Assembly: GCA_030141605.1 (NCBI GenBank)
Contig: JAQGDQ010000011.1
Coordinates: 186,001 to 250,000 of the forward strand
From: Tubiluchus corallicola
Lineage: Eukaryota > Animalia > Priapulida
DNA: 64,000 bases
Direction: 5' to 3'
Part shown: piece by piece, positions 48,701 through 60,515 of the stretch
Layout: every line of letters begins with the position of its first letter
Numbering within the stretch: position 1 is the first letter of the stretch
Made by a program: the position numbers and the translations under genes
The notes under the pieces: model-generated
Database searches by the model: none
The model's input: the letters and a program-made list of their open reading frames with translations, nothing else
Told to the model about the DNA's origin: nothing

Positions 48701-51700
48701 CAAATTCCCATCCCACCATAAACAAATCAACATTTCTACTGGTGTCTAAGGCGTCTGCTGTGTAAGCAGGTCGCTGGTTCAATTTCCAATTACATTCCAA
48801 CTTTTTCATGTTTCCTGTCTTTCAAGTGTGTATCAAAATTTAATCAATTGTGGATTTGTAACATGACTAATAAGCACCTTGATATTAAGATTATAATAAT
48901 TAATTTCCATTAACATAATCAAGTCCAATATTCCAACTTCAATGTATGGAACTATATAGCACTATTCACTTTTAACTCTTTTTTGTTGAGAAACCTGGAA
49001 ACCATTGGAAGAGCAACTGCAGAACTGTGGTCAAAAGCTGGTGGCCGTAAATCAGAATTTATTAGATATGATCTGGGATAATCGTCCGGCCAGAACGTGC
49101 CATCCTGTAATCGTCCAGCCTGTTAAATATGCAGGTTTGTATCTGTGAATTTACACATGTTAAGTTTGGTCATCTTTTGCAGACAGACAGGCATAAAAAG
49201 TAACATTTACATGATACATATTTGATACGTTTTCTAAAGGCTTGGAATGTGGTTTTAACTCGATTTTGTTTGATGGCTTAACTTGTGCTTGTCTATGTAG
49301 AGCTCCATTCATACTGTTCGTATCTTACCTTCATTTAAAGTTTAAATAAAATGAGTTTGTTTAAATACAAAATGTCTTATAAGTCACTATACACTACATT
49401 TTCTGTATCTTTTTAACAATCAAAGCAAAATGTTTGAAAATTGGTAATAATGAACTTTGGATAACCATTTTAGTCAAGAATCTGAATTCTGAAAGGAACT
49501 ACTGCACTAGTAGGTTTTGCTGTTTTCGCTACCTCCTTCAGGCACCTAAGGGAAAAGACAAGTCACACAGGATGTTATGTTTATTTTATTGATATAATTT
49601 AAATTTAGAAAAATGTACAAAGAAATTTGCAAAGAACTGCCTATAAAGCATACATTGCAATATATTATCTTTGAATAGAAATTTTCAGGCGTGATGGTAG
49701 CTGCCATCACTTGAAAATCATGATGGGAGCTGGGAGACTTCATGGCTTTCTGTAAGCGTATTGTGGCTTTCCGTAAGCGTGCACTGCTTAAGCTGATTGA
49801 AACTTCTGCAGCTTTAATATTGTTCACGCAAATTAGCTATCTAATTTTTTTATAAAAACTTGTGATACTTTTGATAAAGATTGACAGTGTGCTACTTTTC
49901 TTCACTCGAAGAATGACGCCATTTGAAGGAAGAATGGGCATTGAAAATGGGAGCGCCCAAACATGAAATGATCGTGACTTTAAAGTGATTTTACTAGTTA
50001 CGTGAGATGCCTATTGCAGTTTTATTACTAAATCCTTCTAACATTTTTTGCGAACATTGAAATAAGCATAACCTCCTAGAAGGCTTGGCTTTTCTTTAAA
50101 GAGTGCCAAAACCAATCCAAATTGCAAGTCAGGCATCTTGCATTGAGAAAGTCTCTCACAGCATATGAGCGGTGAGCACGGCAGCATCTTGTCGAAAAGC
50201 TACATTGTTAATAGTGACGTAATAATGTAGTCGATATGGTTGTTTGAATTTCCTCTGAACTTCAGTTAGTAATTGAAGAACCTCATGCCAGGCTGATTTT
50301 GCACCTCATTTCTAACATTACAGTTGTTGTCATAGCAATGGGGGTCCAGTCAAACAATAAATAAAAAGAATGGTCAAAGGCTCCATTTGATTCTTGTAAG
50401 AACTTGCTGAGATTGGAGAAAATTTTTAAAAAGAAAATTTGAAATCAAAGTGCATAGTGTCTTTTGAAACATGCTATATAGTTCAAAAAGATTGTTTTTA
50501 CATGTGGATAAGCAAATACAGTGCAATACAGTCAGTGGCATACCTGGGGTATGGCAGATATGGCAGGTGCCCTGTACGCCACTCAGCAGTTTCTGAAAAT
50601 CTTTGAAATTCAATGTTCTTATTAAAAAGTATTATATCTTTATATTAGGCATTTTTAAGAAGATCATGAAACGTTTTTTTCCATTTGTTAAAGTCTTTTG
50701 AATTTCATTCTATATCCTACTACAATACTCTCTATGCATATTTGAAGAAAATAAATAAAAATAAAAAAAGATTAGTCTCAGATGTATGGACAGGGGCACA
50801 ATTTTAGTGCTTTCCATAGGTGCCGTTTTCCCTAGATACTATTTCCCTAGTTTCCCCTGAATACAGTGTAATCTTATTATTTACTTTATTAAAACCTTAT
50901 TAAATAAGTATTGTCAACACTTGAAGATATTTTAACATTTTCAGGAAAATCTTGGCAAGATAAAATTCACAGTGTCAGAGCAAAAATGGAGGAAAAGGAA
51001 GCAGCACTCCTTGTTCTAACTGCCCTTGACGAAATCGCTTGTAAGGCAAATTATTGATTTTATGCAAAGTAACTCATTTTCAGTGGTTTGATATTGTATA
51101 AAGATTTCAAACTGTTGCTTTCGAAATTCTTTACTGCATTTTTAACAATTCTTTAAAACGATTGTTTTCAACTGGTTTTGTGCAGGCACTCCTCTGCATT
51201 TTGAATGAAGTGACTTTTATTTAAAGCTTTAAAATATAAAATACTAAAAACATGTCAAAATTTCGACTACAGGACCTAGCAGTCATCTTCAATGTGGTAG
51301 AGTATAGAAACAGCAACCAGTTTTATACTGAAAGTCTACAGTACATGAAAATGACCAATTATGTAATCACATAGAAGCCAAAGGTGTAGTAAAACAGACC
51401 TGTAGAGAACGAAATATGAGAAATATTTGACATGTTTTTAGTATTTTATATCAAAGTTCTTAATAAAACTTGTTTCTTTCAATGATGATTGTTTTCAGCT
51501 GTCTAAAAAAATTTTTTCTTGTAGGGTTATTTAACTTAAGAGGCTCTGACATAGACTGCAATCCTGTGTTCTTTGCTTATGCCATGATAGGAAAGGACAA
51601 AATAGGGTACTGTACATATGCTTATTGCCTTTTCACAGCTCCAGCAATTGATGATGATCATGAAAAGGTCAAAGGTTAAGTGTACTAGACAACACATTTG

Positions 51701-54700
51701 TGTACACTTGACAACACCTCGCAGTCTAAGCTGTTGTAATAATAACAGTTTTAACAGCTCTGACATAGTAATTGTAATACAGCCATACCTCCGTTTTCGA
51801 ACGTACAAAAAATCGTTTTTTTTGTACGAGGGTACAAAGGGCAATTCGAGCTGAAATTCTGTTATGCTTTTCTTATCAGTTATATCATATCTACTGTTTA
51901 GATAAACATTTTTACATTATCTTATTTCATTTTAGTAATACTTTACAGTTCAGTTGGTGCTTGAGAATGGATTATTTGCTTTTACATTGTTTCTTATGGG
52001 AATGAATGATTCGGTACTTAACCAAATCGGTTTTCAAACACTTTTTAGGAACAAATTATGGCGGAAAACAGAGGTATGACTGTAGTAACAATTTTAACAG
52101 CTAGCTAGAACCTTACCTAGTTCATTTTTCTTGTTCCTAAGCACGATCCTGCTAGTAAATCATTCTGCACGCATACTATGCATAATTAAATAAAGTCTGC
52201 ATAAAACAACTGATGTTACTGAACTGATGCAGCAGACGACTGCTTTACAGACACGTCACGTGACGGTGTAGTTAAGATGTGTTGCTGTGGTACACTTAAC
52301 CTTTGACCTACAGCAAATGCGCATGCACACAACGAAACTGCGAAAACGCTTATTTTTGCTAAAATTAGAAAAATCCATTGTTTTTGTGCAGTGGAAACTT
52401 TCTTTCATTGGCAGATTTAACTTGCATTTTTTCCATTATAGAAGCCATCACGGAGGTTATTATGTGAGGCTTGAACAGGAGTAATAGGTTTTGTTGAATC
52501 TAGCCTAGTTAATAGGCTTTTTAACTAACCATTTAACCGTTATTAATTGCGGTTGGTTAACCATTCGAGATGACGTCGTACATATAAGAAAATATCGAAT
52601 ACACGTGACTAGCACGAGTAAGCGGTGTGGTTCAAATCTAGCATTCGCCAGCAAGAATGTTCAACATGGCGGCATCCTCCTAACATACGCGAGTGAAAAA
52701 CTTTTGCAATTTACCATTTAGATGCTTCTTGGGCAACTAGATTATTTGAAACAATGTTGTAAATTATATAATTTTATGTAAGCGGGCTTGCTAACTGCGT
52801 ACACCAACTCAGAAAAGATACAAGGTTTCGTTAATACGGATACATAGAAAACTTGGCTAAGTAATGGTTAAACGGTTAGCTGATATACCAGTTAGCGGTC
52901 GGTTAAACAGTTAAACGGTTAACCATCTCAGCCCTAGAACTTAGGGGATCGATGTTTGTGATATGTTTTCATTATCAGAGCCACTCCGAGAGTTGGAGCG
53001 TAAAGTAATAGTCTACACATAGTTTACGGCTCTGAGGAATGCTTAATGTTTTTTAAGTTAGATACCAATATGTGGTCGTTTATCAAAGAGCTTATTTTAT
53101 AAGTTCATTTCTGACAGTTCAATAAACAGCAGAGAGTTTCTAGAATGTGCACTTAAGGAACTAATTCTGCTCTGTTAAACAAAATGTTTTTAAATCCATG
53201 CCGAAATTATAAAATATTTTTGTTGCATTTCAGTTTGTACATCGATAGTAGCAAACTGGATGATGAAGCCATGTCACATCTGACGTCTGATGAACATATG
53301 AAGGTGGTTATTCATCCGTACAGCATGAAAGTCTGTAATGATATTAGCAAGTTGGTGCCTCACTTACAAGGCAAAGTGTGGATAGCAGATCAGAGTAGTC
53401 AGGGCTTAGCCCAACTTGTGCCAAATGTAAGATTTTCGTGTCTTGTATCACTTCTAATAATTCACGTTTGTTCTTTTTTTATGATTTCGCTTCCAAATTT
53501 ATCTGTTTTATTTGGACAACAGCAGTGGCGGCTCGTGTATAGGCACTGTGGAACTGCAGCACCCCCTGTTTTCACTTGATATTATTGCTAATATTCAATA
53601 TAATGAGTCCTTTTCTCTTTAATTTTTTCTTTATATTTGTACATTATGTAATCATTAAGCTTAATGTCAGTAGCCATCCCCATTTCATGAAAAAATTACA
53701 AAAATCCTTTTGTATTCACAGTTCCAGAACGCAGTGTTTGGTTGTTGTGTGCATGGTGGCCATGCGCACATGTTTGAGATAAGACGGTGCAGTCTAGGTA
53801 GAGAGCACTGTTACTGATGCAGTGTCGATTAAGGAGAAAATTATTAATCTTTTCACGCAAAGTAAGACAAGAAGAAAGGATTTTGTTTTTAAATGAATGG
53901 GTCAATTTAAACTTACGTGAGTTAGATTAATTTAACTTGAACTGTAATAATAGGTAACAGTTTACTTGCAGCTCTGATGTTGCTTAACTTTCACATCTGA
54001 GAACGTGTCATTACTCTGAGCTTCTTGTTTACAAACTGATCATTTTTCTGGTGACTGTTTCAGACTCGTCGTGTTTCGGCACCTACTCCAATAGCTTTGC
54101 TAAAAGCCATAAAGAACCAGACTGAGATTGAAGGGATTAGAAACTGTCACGTATGTATTGCTTTAGAAAATTATTTTTGTTTTATCTGTCTGTCAACCTG
54201 TCTGCTTTTTTATTGTTCATATTCTTTTCACTCTTCTATAACTGAGATCATTTCACTGGTATAACTCTATGTTTAAAATGAAAACCTCTTTGTAGAAAAT
54301 GATTGTTGCTTGTTGAATAGAAAGGTCGACACCTCGATGCATGTTCATTTTCAAAGAAAATAATGAGATATAGTAAGAAAAGTGGGTCTAGAAAGAAAAA
54401 TAGTTTTTCTTGTTCTTACATTTCAACACCGTTGGTGACATAGATGCTGTTATCACAGCTCCGTGGTTTGGAACTTTAGAATGTAATCTATAAACTCTGG
54501 TGACATTAAAATATAATAGAATACACCATAGCCAGTGATTAGCAATGCAATGAAAGTAAAGATTATAACATAATTAGAAACTGATAGTGAAACTAACTAG
54601 GATTCTAATCTCTAGGAGAGAATTTTACTGCTAGTCTCATTACAATATTGACGTCAAACAATGAATTGTTTGTACATTTTTTCCAGATTTTTTTAATCAA

Positions 54701-56153
54701 ATTTTGAAACAAATTGTCTTACCTTAACAGGATAATTTGTTAAAAGCACTCACGTTTTCGTTTTCCAAGAACCATGCATATTTCAGATTAGATATAATGT
54801 GGCGATTTATTGTATTTTGTAAAGCACTGATTGGGTTATTAAATAATCAAGTTTAACGAGCTGTTGCTATTTTATGGTATTTTTCACAAACTTACTTAAT
54901 TTGTAAGGTAGGGAACCTGGGGTTTTAAGGAAATTAGAATTTCAAGAAACATTCCTGGTTTTAAGAAATACTAACCCCCTGACATTTTATTATAGATAAG
55001 GGATGCTTTAGCGCTCTGTCAACTGTTTGCCTGGTTAGAAAAAGAGGTGCCCAAAGGTGCTTTGACGGAAATAAAAGTGGCGGATAAAGCAGAGGAGCTG
55101 AGGAGGTACCTTTTTTAATTCTTTGTAGAGCATTGTAATCCTGATTGTTTTTAAACTAAATTCATATTTAAAAAATTTCAAATTGACATTGGTTTTCTCA
55201 TTTGGGGTTGTGCTAGGCTGGTTTTTTACATTTTAAAGTCAGTTAGAAGCAAGCAGGGTCCATGTTATCAAGCAGTACTCATTCATTAGTCAAGACATAA
55301 TTACTGTCATCATACGAGCCGGCTGCATTTGAACATTTTTTATGTGTTATGTGTTTTTTATATGTTCATGTCTATCTTACTGTTAAAAATGTTAAGTAAG
55401 TCTAGCAGCACATGTCAATTATTTATAATTTTAATATCAAGATTATCATTAATGATGAAACAAACCCACAATTTATTAAATTTTGATATCAAACTCAAAA
55501 GACGGAAAAATGTAAAAGGACGGAATGCAGTCCGGATTTGAACCAGGGATCTGGCTTACAAGGCCAATGCCATGACTAATAGGTCACCGGTGTTTTCCCG
55601 GTGATTCTGGCACTCCGAAGTTCACATCCCTTATAGTATTTGTAATGTTAGATCGCTCAATTTAGAGTTATTCTGGTTGAGTAGGTCATTTTCATTTTAG
55701 TTGATTTGAGCCTGAACTGTCTTTGCATTGGTAATTTCCAAGGGATGAACTTTGGACTGCTATGATAACCGAGAAACAGGATGGCCTAGTGGTTATGGCA
55801 TCAGCTTTGTAACCTGAAGGTCCCTGGCTCAAATACAAGCCGTGGTCTGTCTTTTCACATTTTCTGTCTTTGGTCTTTAGAGCTTGGAATCAAAATTTAC
55901 GTAATTGTGGGTTTGTACCACTGTTAGCAGCACATCTATTTATTTCTGTTCGATAATATCCCATGCCTTTTATAGTAAACTGAAACAATTTTTGTCTTTT
56001 CAGAAAAGAAGACCTCTTTATGGGTTTGAGTTTTCCAACAATTTCCAGTTCAGGTCCAAATGGTGCAATCATCCATTACCAGCCCAGCAAGGAAACGGAT
56101 AGGAGTGTCACTATGGAGGAGTTGTACCTGATTGACTCAGGTGCTCAGTACAG
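45763..56153 (+). CDS. XPNPEP1: Xaa-Pro aminopeptidase 1 (cytosolic aminopeptidase P); first ten coding exons, with the remaining exons not found in the window
   Basis: Exons 45763-45949, 46301-46405, 47791-47883, 48991-49134, 50945-51040, 51525-51606, 53234-53426, 54064-54150, 54996-55105, 56004-56153. Motifs [59 protein letters not shown] and LIDSGAQY. Confidence 0.96.
47351..47707. mobile_element. hAT MITE
   Basis: TIRs cagggtcagattat ... ataatccggccctg; exact 8-bp TSD ATTAAACC. Confidence 0.88.
51215..51468. mobile_element. Penelope-like inverted pLTR relic with a degenerate hammerhead motif
   Basis: Inverted arms of about 50 bp (51215-51264 / 51420-51468). The minus strand reads tTGAAGA-T-GACTGC-taggtcct-GTAGTC-GAAA; AATAAA lies at the outward ends. 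Confidence 0.6.
51623..52354 (-). mobile_element. AATAAGCC-family MITE interrupted by a nested MITE
   Basis: Colinear with 11496-11880 on both sides of the insertion. Confidence 0.8.
51780..52082. mobile_element. Tc1/mariner-pogo (Tigger-like) MITE
   Basis: TIRs cagccatacctccgttttc ... gaaaacagaggtatgactg flanked by TA on both sides. Confidence 0.85.
52520..52936. mobile_element. hAT-like MITE with GGTTAACC subterminal repeats
   Basis: Right terminus ggttaaccatctcagcccta; clusters of ggttaa / ttaacc at both ends. Confidence 0.5.
55522..55592 (-). pseudogene. tRNA-Thr(TGT)-like sequence, probably a SINE head
   Basis: Minus strand has an anticodon arm ttggc-CTTGTAA-gccag and B box GGTTCAAATCC; the acceptor stem is broken. 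Confidence 0.55.
55775..55847 (+). pseudogene. tRNA-Thr(TGT)-like sequence, probably a SINE head
   Basis: A box TGGCCTAGTGG, D arm, anticodon arm tcagc-TTTGTAA-cctga and a degenerate B box; T and acceptor stems are broken. Confidence 0.55.
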
Positions 56154-56439
56154 GTAGTGCTAGTAAAATTATGACTCCATGATGTTGTTTTAACTTTCTA
56201 CTGTTTTTTCTCACTTTAGTTTCAGCTTTGTTGCTACAAAACTTCATAAAAAACGTACATTTCATGCTGGTTTTGTGAATTGAAAACCTACTTGCTTTAA
56301 AAAGTTTTGCATGCTTCTCAAGTCCTCATAGATACTTTTAGACTCATTATGCAAGTTTATTTTAAGCTGTATTGAAAACTAACTGGTTCAAAGGTTTTAT
56401 TTTCAGGAATTAAATTAGTTAGATCAACTTTGTAAGTTT

Positions 56440-56565
56440 TATAATTTTATGTAAATTTATCATCTTAGCCTGTAAATTTAAATTGTAATTATTGTGAAGC
56501 GTTCTAGGGCATGCAAGTGGATAGTACTGCGCTATAGCAATGTAAATAAACTTAGTTAAACTTGA
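56440..56565 (+). mobile_element. L2-type LINE/SINE 3' tail
   Basis: tgtgaagcgttctagggc...gcgctatagcaatgtaaataaac resembles the L2 3' stem-loop tail. Confidence 0.5.
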
Positions 56566-57681
56566 ACAAAACATAAAGTTTTGAGGTTATTTACCTCCTC
56601 TGTATGCTTTGTTGCATAAGTTTTTAATAAAAACAAGGAAGAAAGGAAGAAGGCACAGTGTTAGACATGGAAGCACACTATACTATTGTGGGTGCATTGC
56701 TGTTTACTTAGTATTTACCACATGAATTTGTGGATCTTTATGAATAATATAAGCCAGTGTTGTTAAAATAAAAAATGTTGCTAAACATAAAAATCTATCC
56801 ATATGTCCTCCAGTTCCAACATTGCTGAACTTCATTCATTATGCACTCTAAGTGCACATTTGTCTACTGAGCTGTTTCCCTACTGCTGTTGCATAAATAA
56901 TGTTCATTGATTTAATTCAAGGTGTGTTAATGTGCTTGTTGCATGGTTATTAGCCTATGCAACCTTTGTCCAACAGAGTTTATTTTGCTAACACTTTGTA
57001 AAAGCTTAAGTTTTAACAAAGAACATGACTAGCTGTAGTGATTAGGGTATTGTTCATGTAACTAGCTTTACGTCTCACTGATTTCTCCGATTATTCCTTG
57101 TTGAGAATCTGTCAAACCTGCTAATTTATATTTCCCATGGGGTATATTGTTGGAATGCCCTTTGTAGATGCTGACTTTTCCCTGGTAACTATGGCAACGG
57201 CCTATGCTGCCATTGACATTTACTGCCAGCATAAAAGCCACATATTCAGTAGTCCCTTGTTTACTTTCTTCTCCTTCATGATTCATTTGTGGGTGTGTGT
57301 GTGCATGCATTAACCTGCTTTTAGGCCACGCATTAAGCTACAGTGGCATTGTCTTGAATATTGTGTTTGGTCTGTAGTGATAAATTTGTTGTAGATGTGG
57401 GTCCATGCCAACATGTATGGATTGCTGGGGAGTCAGGTAATGCAGTTGGTGCATCCCATTAGTGGGATGTCAGTTTGCAAATGAAATGACTGTGAAATTT
57501 TTAACAAAAGACCTACATGTAAAATCCAATCTGTATTCATAAAATTAGGAGTGCCATAGAGACACTCTATTTAAGAAGGGACAAACAAACGTTGTTAGCT
57601 CTTTGAAAGTCGTAGCTAGAAAAAGATAGTACAGAAATTTGAAAACTGTTACGAATTTAGACATTTTAGGACTTTTCCATG

Positions 57682-57682
<1 letters not shown>

Positions 57683-57762
<80 letters not shown>

Positions 57763-57767
57763 AGTGT

Positions 57768-57798
<31 letters not shown>

Positions 57799-57817
57799 CG
57801 CGTGCGTGCGTACGTGC
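57683..57817. repeat. (TG)n microsatellite
   Basis: Long TG dinucleotide run with a few interruptions. Confidence 0.95.
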
Positions 57818-58507
57818 GTAAACTTAATGGAATGAGAGAAAAACAACTAACAGCCTTCTGCGATTGCACTGTATTATTTGCTGTTATTATTTCACTCACT
57901 AAACAAACAAAACCACAGGAAAATAAAATCATGTACATATTGTTGGCAAACATACTTTTAACAGAAAAACAGATGTTGTAGCAGCATATTCTTGACATGT
58001 TTTCATAGAAAAAGCAGGTAAATTCTCCTGAAACACAAACTTGCAACGTTCACTTAAAATATACACATGCATCGCATTTGTGAACTAATGAAAAAGTTCA
58101 AAACCACTTTTACATGCATGGAGAAATACACATTCAAAACAATCCGGAACAGTTCAGGTTATCTTTTATCGAACAATACTAATTGGGGGTGGGGGAGTTG
58201 CGAGGACAATATTGACTAGAAGTTGTTTTTTGTTAACAGCTGAATTAAGCACGTCTATTGTTTGTGCCTTTCTCGTGCTTTCAACTCTAGCAGAATTTGG
58301 TAATAAACGGTTCAATGTATATGTCAAGTTCTGCTAATTTGTGCAAGTAGTTTTTATATTTGATGTTACAAATGCTAACCCATTCTGTGAGTGCCAGTGT
58401 GTCTGCTACCCCATTTTTTACATTGTAAATGTTTTAAAACTAGCAATTTCAATGTTCCAAAGGCTTTGTTGAAGTCTTAAATCGTAAAGCCTTTAATTTT
58501 ATGGCAT

Positions 58508-59458
58508 CTAGACATTCCTGAACAGATTTTGTAAAGCACTTCTGAATTCTGGCAGCTTTGCTATGTACACAAGAACATTTACCATCGAATTGCAAAAGAC
58601 GAGTAAACTACACCATTCTTCTAATGCTTGTGGCACACCGCAGGTTTTGCAGAAGTACCGAAGTGGCTCAACAATGTTAAATGGTGTCCAGGCGATGTAG
58701 TAAAAGCCAACAGTAAGTGCAAGTGCTTTGGCCAGCTTTATTTTAGAGCGATATTGCATTGTCGAGAAGTTTTCGCCCTGGGAAGTTGCCGTTACCGTTG
58801 CTACGTTTATCATCCATGCTTGCTTCAGTGCCGCTCTTGCAATCCTTGTGTAGAAAATCGTAATTAAAATTGCGGAGACATACTGTGTCTGTAGTCGACC
58901 GTAAATTATGCTGCTTTGAAACATACCATCATTCGATGGAGTGCATCGGTACACGAAGCCTTTCTCCTTTTCGCTGTAAACATACAACACAGGCACGCTT
59001 GTAAAAAATACTAGATTTATTATCCATATGAATGCTGTTAATACCTTTACACGTTTTGTTGATAGTATTGTATGATATGTTAACGGATGCACAATGCTTA
59101 CGTATCTTTCCATTGAGGCAAAAACATAGAACCATAATGATAAACCAAAAGCACATAAAGAAAACATGTGTAGTAGAGAACAGTAAACAATTGTATCAGT
59201 TTCATTTGGTAAGAAGAAGAAGGTTAAGGCGTACCATATCCCATATACACCACACAGTGCATCGGCTATTGCTAGATTGCAAAAAATGTAATAAGGTGTC
59301 GTGTGCAGTGCATCGGATCTGACAATCGTAATTATAACCACAATGTTACAAGTGACCACAGCAAAGCCTATGAATAGATAAATCACGTTGAGTATGTCGG
59401 TATAAGTTGATTCAAGTTCCTCCGCTCCTCCTGTTGAATTTGACATGGTTCCAACCAT
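58508..59458 (-). CDS. Intronless class A GPCR, odorant-receptor-like (type A, copy 1)
   Basis: Seven hydrophobic segments; LHTTPYYIFCNLAIAD, MERYVSIVHPLTY, YYIAWTP, NSMVNVLVY. First ATG is at 59458; the ORF-track start at 59482 is TTG. Confidence 0.9.
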   Translation of the reverse strand: MVGTMSNSTGGAEELESTYTDILNVIYLFIGFAVVTCNIVVIITIVRSDALHTTPYYIFCNLAIADALCGVYGIWYALTFFFLPNETDTIVYCSLLHMFSLCAFGLSLWFYVFASMERYVSIVHPLTYHTILSTKRVKVLTAFIWIINLVFFTSVPVLYVYSEKEKGFVYRCTPSNDGMFQSSIIYGRLQTQYVSAILITIFYTRIARAALKQAWMINVATVTATSQGENFSTMQYRSKIKLAKALALTVGFYYIAWTPFNIVEPLRYFCKTCGVPQALEEWCSLLVFCNSMVNVLVYIAKLPEFRSALQNLFRNV

Positions 59459-60326
59459 TTTGTTGTAATCCACTTTGTGCAACTATTGAAATTCTATAAC
59501 TGCAGTGTAAAATTGAAAGGGCACGTTCTAAAATACCTCTGATTTTCTTTCAGTTAATCATAGAGATACAGTCGCCAATGTTTTTAATTTCCGGCAGCTT
59601 TGTTTGCAACTTACATTAATTGTGAATTAAACAAGACTGATTGCATTGCAAATTATGTCTTGTATCATCAAATATGCTTTTGCGTCAACATAATTTTGCA
59701 TTCATGCTTTTGTACATAGAACAATAACATTTATTCTTGCTGCATTTATTGCACTGCGATAACGATGTCTGGACAGCTGAAATGTTATCATTGCATAACA
59801 AATTGTATACTAACATATTATATTGATGTTTCTTTGTACTATTTTTACATTTAGTAATGAAGTTGAAAGCTGCATTAGGATTTCCAGGAGAGTAAATAAT
59901 GTTTCAAATGCAATTTTTTGTAAATACCTCACTGTAATTTAATAGTTTGCAAACATGCAGAGCCTTCATCAGCTGAAAACAGCAAAGAACAACTAACAAA
60001 AACTCATTTTTCACGTGTATGCATTCTAAAACTGTGTAGGTTTTTTAGTTAATCAAACCTTAATTAATCCATAATTCAATTTATTTTTACAACATATTTT
60101 TTATTTATTTGATACCCTTTTGGTTAGCCTACTGTTAGACAACTTGCATCTTAAAACAGTCATTTAAAGTAATCAGTTTTACAGTTTTAAAGGGTCACCA
60201 TAAATATGCAATATTAGATTAAAAGCCATAAATTATACCAACTCTAGTAGTAAAACAGTGATCCCCAACAGAACACGAACTTAAACTAGATTGCGAAAGA
60301 AAGATTGAATGTCTTTCACTCTTTTG

Positions 60327-60515
60327 CTAATTTGCACTCATGAGCGGTAATAATCTTGGGATCAGTGGGTTTCTTGGTTTTGTTTTGGGAATCCTCCAGG
60401 TTTGCTGCAAACATGGCAGCATTAATTTAAGGATTAACCAGGAAAGCAGGTTCAACCAGTTGTAACTTTTAGAGTCTAGATTGCATGTTTCGTATGCGAA
60501 CAAGAGAAATATCAT
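60327..60515 (-). pseudogene. GPCR remnant (TM6-TM7 and C-tail), homologous to the 63389 receptor
   Basis: IFLLFAYETCNLDSKSYNWLNLLS aligns to TFLLFMCETCGLDAENYDWFNLLA; the upstream part is missing. Confidence 0.75.

Noticed and set aside
57649-58046. His-Thr and Cys-Val repeat ORFs (metal-binding-like)
   Set aside because: Translation of the (TG)n microsatellite.
59945-59985. Hammerhead-like CTGATGA on the minus strand
   Set aside because: No proper stem II or GAAA, and the motif is absent from the duplicated region near 63255.
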